NCBI GenBank assembly: GCA_053919585.1
Contig: CM132790.1
Length of the DNA: 64,000 bases
Direction: 5' to 3' (one strand)
Source of the DNA: Euprymna scolopes
Taxonomy: Eukaryota
The notes beneath the pieces were generated by a model. The model worked only from the letters and a program-made list of their open reading frames with translations. It did no database searches and was not told where the DNA came from. Below are positions 26,570 through 36,995 of the stretch, piece by piece. Each line of letters starts with the position of its first letter. The first letter of the stretch is position 1. The position numbers were made by a program, and so were the translations under genes.

Positions 26570-29500
26570 CTATTCGGGGAGGAGGCTAGGCCTGCCTCGC
26601 CGCCGTCGTAGCGGGACACAATCGGGACAGTACCACTTTTGTCTTTCAGGAGGTGGAGACTCAATCCCCACACACCTGAAGTGACACCAGTCATCACATC
26701 TATCACAGCAAATCATGTCCTGGTCACCCTGCGGGGAACCACATATGGGACAATACCAAACAACTTCATTGGAACATGCAGACTGGGGAGGAGTATCACC
26801 GAGATTGTCTGCCGGCTCATCAATTGATGCAGGTACAGTTGGAGCATGATCCTCTTCACTCAAGGATAATTCCAGGGGAAATAGGTTCCTTAATGAGTGG
26901 ATATGTACTGCATTCCCACCCCCCTGTCTGACCCTTGCTGACCTGACTACGCCATCCTCTCTGCAAAACACCTCCAGGATGATTCCAAGGACCCAAAAGG
27001 GCCTAGGCTTCAGAGGACTCTTCACCAACACTACGTCTCCAACCTTTAAACGATTCTGGATAGGCACTCTGGAACGACCCTGGGGTCTCTCTCTGAGACT
27101 CAACAAGTAATTGTACCACAGAGCTTGGAATTTCTCCAGACACTGGTCCCTTACCCGCATGGTTCTGAGAAGCCTCTCTCGACTGGGAGGAAGGTGTGCG
27201 GCAAAATCTGCATCATTGAGACTGAAAAGCAGCCCGGGACTCTCATTAGGCCGCAAAAACATGTTGGGGGTTACTGCCTCCAACTCAGTCTCTGCCGATT
27301 CTCGATAGGTTAGAGGGCGGTTGTTGATGGCTCTTTGAATATCTGATATGATGGTCAATAAGGTGAAATAATTCATCTGACCTCTACCAACCACCTTAAA
27401 AAGACAATTCTTGATTGTCTGGATACTTCTCTCCCAGACACCTTCAACCCAGGGCGAGAAAAGGGGGATGGGACAGAACTTGATTAAACAGGAGCCGAAT
27501 TTCTGTTGGTAATCGTGAGTCAATACCAGCCTCTTAAACAGCCGACCACCACCTAAAAAGGTTTTAGCATTGTCACAATAAATGGCAGAGGGAATGCCAT
27601 ATAGGTTGGTGAACCGCACCAAAGCCTGCAGAAAGGACAACACGCTCATGTCCGGCACCACCTCGACATGTACAGCTCTGACACTGAGACAAGTGAAGAT
27701 GAGCAGGTACATTTTCACCTCCTTATTACCTTCTTTAACCCACAGGTGGCCTGTAAAATCTACCCCCGTGTGTTTGAAGGGAACCTCCAGTTCGATACGG
27801 GAAGCAGGAAGGTTGGCAACATTAGGAGGCATGACTTGTCTGGTATTGTACTTCCGGCACAGGGCGCATGAAGCCAGGACCGTCTTCACTGCCTGTCTGC
27901 CCTTGGGTACCCAGTAACCATGGCGTCTTAATTCTGCCAAAGTGGATGCGACTCCCAAGTGCTGGCATCTGTCATGTGCATCCATGATGATAAGCCTAGT
28001 CACTGGGTGATGTTTTGCCAACAGAATCAGGTGTTTAATTTCCACGTTAAAGTGGAGAGATCGGCTAATTCTACCACCCGACCTGATTAGTCCATCACTA
28101 TCGATGAAGAGGTCAAGGGCCCGCACCAACCCAGGAACAGTCTTGCCTGAAGAATCTAACAAGAATTCTATTTCTTCAGCATATACTTGATGCTGCATAG
28201 TCTTCATGATCAGAATGGCTGCCAGCTTTTCACAGTCAACCTCTACTCGACGCAATCGATTAATAAACTTAACTACCAGGGTGGTCACCCTCAAAAGCTT
28301 TGAAAGGGTAGAGAATCTTTCTAAGGGAAGCACCGTACGAGATTCCTCTCCATGGAGGATAGCAGCATTCCAAGAGGAACGGACTATTTCCTGGCTGCGT
28401 CGACTCAGACATGGCAACTCTTGTGTTACCCATGGTGCAGAACCACTACTCAACCAACTGGGACCATAACACCACAGTTGGAAGCAGGTTCTGAATTTTT
28501 GCATCGTCAACCCCCTTGTGATCAAGTCGGCAGAATTTTCTGCGGTTGGGATGTATCGAAAGGAGGGAACAAAGCCAAGTGCAGATCCCAACTCTCCACT
28601 CATCTGCTGAATGTCCTACAGTCTATTACGGGCAAACAGGTTCTTACTCACAATAGTCCCTGAGACTAGCCAAGAAAGAACAACCTGAGAATCAGTGGCC
28701 ACATGAATCTCAGAAGGAGAGAATCTGCCAAAGCTCCGTAAAATAGTGGGAAAGTATCTAAAAGCCAAGAACACTGCCATAAGCTCCAGTGTAGGAAGAG
28801 TCTTCCTCTTCAAGGGAGCCACCCTAGCCTTTGCAAACACCAGGCACGAATGGCAATCTTGCACCGTGTAAGCGGCGAATCCGTATGCCTCTGGAGAGGC
28901 ATCACAGAAGAGAAAGAGTTTGCCCACTCCATTCTCACTGAATGCCCTTCGGGGAAAGGAAATGGTCCCCAGTTCAGAGATATCAGATGAAAGCTTTTTC
29001 CATAAGGACAAGTATTCTGGTGGTACCAGGACATCCCATGCAAACCCCCCCTTCCAAAGCCTGCTCAACAGAATATGGCCCCGCAATGTAACCGGCAAGC
29101 ACAATGATAAGGGGTCATAGACCTTCGCTGTCTCCCCGAGAATCTGTCTCTTTGTGCAAGCACAAGGGTTGCAATTAACAGGTGTCACATGAAGGGCATC
29201 CGAGAGAGGAGAGTATCGATACCCCAGCACCTTTTCCCAATTGTTACCATGAACACTCAATGTCCCATGTTTTTCCATTTCACCTCGAATACCCACATGA
29301 TCAGAATTACAAGACTGCAATTCAAAACCTCCCTGAAGCAGTCGTTCCCGAGAGAGAGCGTATAATCTACACAGTTCATCTGGATTATCATCTGACATCA
29401 CCAGATTATCCACGTAAAATCTGTTCTCCATCAAAAACCTACAATTGTCCATTGGGAACTGAGCAGCATGGTACCGGAGAACATAATTTAGTATGAAGGG

Positions 29501-31861
29501 ACTGGAAGCAAACCCAAATATAATGGTATTATATCTAAAGCAGCGCAGTCGACCCCCATCCTTCAGAAAAAAACAGAATCGGTTTCTATCTGCTTCCAGT
29601 TTCAGTCGTATCATCAGGAAAGCCTTCCTTATATCCGCTAACACAACATGGTTATTAGCACGGAAGGTGAGCAGTAAATTTAATAGATCACTCGTAAGAT
29701 TCACTCCCTGGTAGGTTGCTTCGTTAAGGGAAGGAAAGTCCCCAGTCTTGAGACTGCAGTTGAACACGGGCCTAATTTTAGTGGTAGAAGTAGGGTCTGA
29801 CTTAAAAACAGGTCTGTGTGGAATCCATATAAACTCCTTAAACCGCTGTGGAGGTACAAAAATCTCTTCTATAATTCCTTCACGTTCCTGATCACGAAAA
29901 ACCTGCAGATAATCATTATAAAGCTGCCTCCGCTCCAATTTTCGTGCTACATGCTCCAATACGCGCAAGGCCACTGCATGGTTCGAAGGTACGCGAGATA
30001 TTTTGTCGTCGTCCCAGGATAACTGGACATAATATTTATTGTCCTTAAACGAGATGGATTGTTGAAAATGAGCAATCTTCTGTTCATCGTAATTGGACAG
30101 TTTCTGCTCATCCAGAGACTCCACACTGAACAATTTCTCCAATCCCCTATGCATGTCACTGTCCATGAAAAAATCGCTCAGGAGATCTTCATACTTGCTT
30201 TGAGATTCCAACACAAAACACAAGTGAGAAGGTTTAACATCAGAAGTTGAGGCTAGGACTGAATCGAAAGCAAGACACTCCGGCTCCCTATGTGTAAAAA
30301 GTTCTGAACAAAGAAACTGCTGCACCTCACCAAAGGGAACCAGTCCTGTTGGTGTGGAGAATGCTTTCCCACGCAAACAAGGAACAAGTTGGAGGGTCCC
30401 CAACTGCTGAATAAAATCCAGGCCCACAATACCATGAATAGGTACAAATCCAGTGCCCCTGTGAAATCTACCAGCTAGGGGACAATTAAGGTGTTGGAAC
30501 TCATCTAAAAGGGAATCCAGTTCCTCAACACGTACTGAAATAGCTATGTCCTCATGCACTAACACCGGAAGAGAATGAGAACAATGTGGTCCAATGCCCA
30601 TCTCCAACACTACCTCTCTAAATTGTCGGTCACAATCTCCAAGGATCGTGGTTAGCTTCAAATCACAATCCAGCCCGATCGACTCCAAAGAACCAAAGGT
30701 CTGCAACACCTTACTGGACAGATAAGTCCGGCCACTGCCCGTGTCCAACAAACAGTTGACAGAAACATAGTTGCCATCTCTACCAAAGGTAACACACACG
30801 ACCGGGGGAAGGCTAGACCATTTTCCACAGGCAGAGTTAACATGAAGAGAAGAATCCCTTCGGCCAGAATAGGACCCTGGTCTGGATGACACATTCCCGG
30901 AGGAGCCCCGACCAGTATTAGGGATAAACCCAGGGACCTCGTCCCCCTTGATAAGGAGACATTTGACCGCCTCCCTGGTATCTTGCAAAATGGAGGATAA
31001 AGTAGGGATTCTTTTACTGTAAATCTGGATTAACTCTCCTCTGACCTCTCTGGGGCATTTGGAGAAGAGAATCTTCGCCATAAGGCGCGCCCCAGAAGAA
31101 CAGTTATTAGAGAATGAACAATCAAAGGAGCCTTCCAACTCCGCAAGAAGTGAGGCTGCTCTGGACATAAAACCAGTTAAACTGGTGTACGATTTGTCTC
31201 GTTTACAGGAGAAGTCTAAAATGTCCTGGAAGATGTTATCTATAATTTCATCTTCATCGAGATACTCGCTTTTCAGGACCGAGAGAGCCAACTCATAATT
31301 CCTGTTGCATATACTAAAATTGTTAATCAACAGGAGAGGTTGACCAGACAGAGAGCATTTTAAGAAATTCAGCCTTTCGGCATCATTGGCCATACCAGCT
31401 ACGCAGTTTTCAAAACGCGACAAAAAATTCCTAAAGCTCATAGGATTGGATTGCATAGCCAACCCATCAAAGGTAGGACCCGTAATTTGTATTTGAGGTG
31501 GCTTCACGGTAAAAGATGACACTCCTCTCTCACGTTCAGAGGTACCTTGAGCAAGGCTTAGTGACTCAGGGGCAGCAGGGAGGAACTTCAACTCAAGATG
31601 TTCCAGTTCCTTTCGGAATCACAAGGCGGTTGCCAGAGCATCCTTCTCAATTCTCACCCAGTCCTCCTCCTCAGAAGATTGAAGTTGGATTTTGCTAACG
31701 CATATGTCTACCTCCACCAAATACTCATAAACGGATTTCTGCAATGCAGAGAATGATTTAACGGAGATTTCATTCTCCTGATGAGCCGTCTCCAGAATTG
31801 TTCGGATTTTGATCCATAGGATAGAAATTCTTCTCCGTAGATCTGCTTTGCTACTATCCAT
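26570..31861 (-). pseudogene. BEL-1 Gag-Pol with C-terminal PHD finger (one frameshift near 31600, one in-frame stop at 28616)
   Basis: LLDTGS protease, FYVDN RT, FCDAS RNase H, HLG…CALC and GVDFTG/CDNA/WER integrase, terminal C4HC3 finger. Confidence 0.95.
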
Positions 31862-31888
31862 GTTAGTATTAGGGTTTCTTTCGCAATA

Positions 31889-32250
31889 TATGGAAAAATT
31901 AATTTCCTAAAAGTAATAAGACTGCTCAGTCGAGAAGGAAGCAAGATACACTCACCTTTAGAGTTGTGAAAGAATTGCCCCTTCCGCGACGTGACAGTCA
32001 GTTAACAAAATAAGTAAATCAATGTAATCATCAGCATCATCAGCAAAAGTAAACACCACTGAAATTGTAACAACAAGGAGTTTGATTACCTCCCTTTATA
32101 GGTCTGAAAAGGTCATGTGATCACCATCACATGACTAAGGTAAAGCTTTATAACGCTTCTAGGAAACAACAACTCTTTTGGTTAGTAACAAGGTAAGTGC
32201 ACCTACTCCCCTCTCTCCTGAGCAACCAGTAATTTCTAGTTTTTTCCACA
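31889..32250 (-). repeat. BEL-1 5' LTR (362 bp)
   Basis: Near-identical to the two halves of the left LTR. Ends TATGGAAAAA…TTTTTCCACA. Confidence 0.95.
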
Positions 32251-32254
32251 CAAC

Positions 32255-32775
32255 AACTATTTCGATACAGTAAAGGCATTTCACAAAGACACGAGCAGGC
32301 AATTTTTGCGAAAACATGGTGTTTTGGCGACAAGCATTACTTGTCCGCAATGCAAAAATGAGTGTTCATTTCGAGAAGGTAAACGAATCTCGAGGTGCAC
32401 GCATTACACAAAAGTGGGAAAATCCAAAAAAAGAAATATTGCGGTTCCACTGTCGCCGAAACCACAGGAACATTCATTGCTCGGATGCCGGCGTGGAAAG
32501 TAAATGTTCGTCAAACATTTTTTAAGCACTGTGAAATCATCGGACAGTACGCGAAAATCTGGACATTTCGCACCCACCACTCTTCAGTTGATTGGCGGTC
32601 CTTCTGTTCCGAGGTTTGTGAGAACTGGCTTAACAATCAGGAACCCATTGGAGGCGACGGGATAGCTGTTGAAATCGACGAAACCCTTATCGTGCACCGA
32701 AAGTATAATAGAGGAAGGATGGCTAGTCATATATGGCTTTTCGGCGGAATTGAAAGAATTTCAAAAAAAAGTTTC
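32255..32775 (+). pseudogene. Merlin transposase piece 2
   Basis: Zn ribbon CPQC, then WRSFCSEVC…IGGDGIAVEIDETLIVHRKYNRGR…WLFGGIER (first catalytic D). Frameshifted. Confidence 0.92.
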
Positions 32776-35700
32776 GGGTTTGTATTACTGTACACATAGA
32801 TTCGAAAAAGTTGTCAAAAAGCAAATATATAACAAATAAATGTTATCAAAGGCAAGATAAGTTACTTTTCTACCTAACTGGATATATTTTTTGTGTTTTT
32901 ATTCAATGTAGCATATTTATTCAGCTCGAAAAACATACAGTGTTTACCGATGTATTCGAAAATGCAAGATGGCGTCTCACAACCTCTTTAACACCGTAAG
33001 TATGGAAAAAGGTGTTATAAATAAAAAACTATACAAAATACTGTCGGATTTTAACCGACTGAAGGGGGGGGGGAGGCGTTTCTGCAACTCAACGGCTAAA
33101 CTTGAACTCGACGTAGAAGGAAAAAACAATGAAACTCTTAACTTGTGTGGAGAACCCTTCTCGGCTTTTCTCGGCTAACTGGAGTTGCAACGTATTGCCT
33201 CGTTGCTTACAATGACAAATTGTCTTTGTAATAGTAACTCTTTAACACCGTAAGTATGGAAAAAGGTGTTATAAATAAAAAACAAAAAATCCAACTCTGT
33301 GGCAAAAGATTCCCCTTGCATCAACTTTATCAAATAGATTTTTGCCAGAAGGTGATTGTCCTCACTTCTCTTCAACGTTTTGTTGACAAACTTAAAAACC
33401 AAAGTCATTACATTAACTAATCTGTTGAAGTTGGAAAATCTTTCTACAGAAACTATAGGGGAACTTTCGTTGTGTCTCGTAAACAAATTCATTGCAGGAT
33501 GAATGCATTCCTTTTGTTCTTCCGAGAGACAACCTAACTCGAGCTTGTTCTACCGAATTTCTTCCTGCTTTATCCATGCAGGGCCTTCATACCAATAGGA
33601 AAGGTGTTCCTGAAATTTTTTAAAGGAAAGTCCTCTTGTGATGTAGTCGGCTGGGTTCTCCTTAGTTGGCACGTATTGGAAACTCAATTCCAACTTTATC
33701 TCTGACCTGATTGTTGCAGACATTTGCGTTATATCTTGCAGCCTGTTGCGCGCAAAGATGTTTTTTGTGGTTATCGACTTTGATAGTATCCAAGCCAATA
33801 CCACTTGAGCGTCCATTAGAACATATACTTTTTCTATCAGGGAATTCTTCAAGGCTTCCTTTATAAAGGGAAAACATTTCAATGCTAGAAACACTGACAA
33901 AAGCTCCAAAGTGGGTAGAGATTTACCTTTTAAGGGTGCTACTTTTGCTTTAGCAAACACCAGTGCAGACTGTCCATCATGTACAGTATATGCTGAAAAG
34001 CCGTATGCATTTTTGGAGGCATCACAAAATAGGAATAATTTTAGGGGCTTATTGTCATCTAGGACTCTCCTTGGAAATGATACAGAGCCCAATTCTGTTA
34101 AGTCCTTTGCCAGAGCTTTCCAGGGTTTTTTTTACTCTTCTGAAACTTCATCATCCCAATCCAACTTTTGCTTCCAAAGTTCTCCTATCAGCATTCTGCT
34201 CCTTACTGTTACTGGAAGATATAGGGACAAGGGATCAAATATTTTGGAAGCTTCAGACAGCATTTTCCTTTTTGTTGATGCGGTTACATCGCATTGGTGC
34301 GAACAGACCTTCATAGTATCATGTTGAGGGTTGTACAAATATCCTAAAACTTTCTCCACACCAGAATCAAAACCTGACAGTTCCATCTGCTGCCATTTTT
34401 TCTTGTAACACTGCACTGTTCGAGTTACAGGATTGTATCTCAAAGTTACCCTCTTGCAGTCGTTCCTTCACCGCTGAGTATAACGTAGATAGAGTATCTA
34501 CATCATTTCCTGTTTTCACCAAATTGTCCACATAAAAGTTTGACCTGAGTACTTGGGAACATTCATCTGCAGGAAATTTTTCTGCATGATATTTTAAGAC
34601 ATAATTTAATATAAATGGACTTGCATTGAAACTGAATAAGATGGTAGAGTATCTGTAACAATGCAAGTTGTCGCCTTTTTTCAAGAAGAAACAAAAACGA
34701 TTGCGGTCCTTTTCTAGCTCTAGACGAATCATAAGGAATGCTTTCCTTATGTCGGCCAATAGTACATATTTGTTGGCCCTAAAGCGAATCAACAGTTCTA
34801 ACATGTCTCCCATTAGGTTGACTCCTGGATAGGCTGCCTCATTCAAAGATGTAGCATTTGCCCCCTTGTAGGAACAATTGAACACAGGTCTCACCTTCGT
34901 GGTCGTCTGATCAGCCGGTCTGTGCGGAATCCATATGTACTTTTGAAAGTCTTCTGGAGTCACTGTTATTTCCTCTATAATCCCTTCGTCTTCCTGTTGT
35001 CTAAAGACGTCTACGTATTGGTCATAGAGGCCTTTCTTCTCCAGGTCTTTAACTACTCTTTCCAGTATTCTAAGAGCAGCATTGTGGTTAGAAGGCACAG
35101 ACTTCACTTTGTCTTCATACCATGGCAGCTGTACATGGTATCGGCCATCTTTGTAGGATATAGTGTTCCTAAACTTTTGTACCATCTCTTCATCCACGGT
35201 GGAGAATTCCTCTGTGATAGGTAACCCTAGTGACTCCATGCTAAACATGTTTTCTAGTCCTCTCTGAACGTTTCCTTCTTCAAACCAAGCTTTTAACGGG
35301 TCTGGGTATTTCTCCTCTGGATTCAGCACAAAATTAATTTTGTACTCCGAAAGTGGAGGTGTTTTGTCCAACAAGGAGGTATAATTAATTTTTTGCCCCT
35401 CTCTTTACTTTGTGTCTTGGTTTTAACTGATTCTCATACATGAAGCAACGGCTGTTACCAAAGGGTACAAGTCCTCTCGGTGTGGAAAAAGTGGCTCCAT
35501 ACATGCAGGGAACGATTTCAAATGGTTCTATTAATTGAATGGCGTCAACTCCCAACACCCCCTCAATTTTAATATAACTGTCCCGGGAATTGTACTTAGC
35601 TTAGTTGTTAACTGATGTTGTTTCAGGTTTTTAATTATCTGCGGAAGCTCCAGTAACTCATGCGAAAGATTCAAATTACTGGACAGAATTTGAAGAGTGT

Positions 35701-36560
35701 GAACTTTCTCAGGGATAAGTCTTAACTCCACTGTGGCCTCTTTAAAAGGTCTTGTCTCTGAGCCCAAAAAGGTTTTCACTTCCAACCTACTTTCTTTAGC
35801 TGTAGAAATGCAATTCAGTTTTTCCAGCACAGAGGTATCCAAGTAGGTCCTTTGGCTTCCGGTGTCCAGGAGACAATTTATTTCCAACTGGCTATTTCCC
35901 TTTCCTACTACTATGTTGATTACAGGAGACATGAAACCATAGCTGTAGTCATTCGTATGTACACAGGTGTCCACACGCACCTTGCCTCTCTTGTCTGGGC
36001 ACATTGCTGTCACGTGGCCCTTAACAGTGCAGCTGATACAGCTACTATTTTTAGCTGTTCTCAAAGGGCACATTGCTCCCCTATGTGTCTTTTTTAGGCA
36101 TCTAAAACACAGCCAAAGTTCTTTGCACCTTGTAATCCGGGCTTCATGGGAGGTGTAGCAGGGACAATTTTCCGAAGAATGTTCGTGCTTTTTACAAAAC
36201 TCACATTTTTGTGGTTTTGATTCCACTTTGGCATTGAAAGCCTTCAGGGAGGAATGTGATTCTTCTTCACTTTCTTTCCTAAGTCTAGGTGGGGGTCTCA
36301 GCTTGGTCACAGGGTGCTGTTCAGGTTTTCTAATAATCAAAAAACGCTTAATAATTTCTGGTGTCTTCAACAGAATTATTGATAATGTTGGATAGGTTTT
36401 TCCAGAAATCCTGATCAGTTCATTTTTTATGTTGGATGGTAATTTTGCAAACAATACCTGAGAAATTATTATGGCACCTGCCGACTGGTGATCATATAAG
36501 TCACAGCTCTAAGTTCCCATACGTCTGTCTGCGTTTTTATCATAAAATCCTTCAACCCCA

Positions 36561-36995
36561 TGTTGAGAATAACAATGGCTGACACTAAATAAGAGTTATC
36601 TCCTCTTTAAACGTAAGGTAGGGATTATCTCCCTTCCTTTTTATGTACTATAAAAAGTGTAAATAAAAGCGAATACATTAGAACGTATTTTTTGACTACG
36701 AAAAACTGTCTTTGGTTGTTTACTTGGAGAACAAATTTGCGAGGTAATGTACCATTGTTTTAAAAACTGTAATTCCTTTTGCAACAAAGGTTATGGGCCC
36801 AGCACGCTTCCACTGCGCCACTCTGCTGAAACACCCGGAGTCAGACAGTTTAAAGCCGGCAGAAGAGAGGTCGGTTTCCCAAAGGTATAAACTTTCTGAT
36901 AGAGTGGAATCGTTCAGACTAGAAACGTCGTTATTAGAATAAGAAATCCCAACGATGCCGGTTATATGATACGTTGTATGTTCCCAAATTGTCAT
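36561..36995 (+). mobile_element. Partial Copia copy: complete 226-bp 5' LTR, PBS and ~170 nt
   Basis: 36561-36786 matches 46301-46526. Same CCCCA left junction as 43215. Confidence 0.92.
36789..36827 (-). other. 39-nt 5' half of initiator tRNA-Met at the Copia PBS (copy 1)
   Basis: Minus strand reads AGCAGAGTGGCGCAGTGGAAGCGTGCTGGGCCCATAACC. Confidence 0.93.

Larger units (their letters stand above)
20593..32250 (-). mobile_element. BEL/Pao LTR retrotransposon 1 (full length, LINE inserted in the 3' LTR)
   Basis: 5' LTR 31889-32250. 3' LTR split into 20593-~20775 and ~26249-26444. 4-bp TSD CAAC at 20589-92 and 32251-54. PPT GGGGAATG. Gag-PR-RT-RH-IN order. Confidence 0.95.

Noticed and set aside
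28604-28618. Programmed stop read-through between the BEL-1 ORFs
   Set aside because: The TAG replaces a CAG/Gln that is present in BEL-2 and BEL-3 (RLQDI), so it is a simple nonsense mutation.
36789-36827. Functional tRNA-Met gene (also 43245-43283)
   Set aside because: Only nt 1-39 are present; there is no T arm or 3' acceptor strand, and it sits at a Copia PBS.
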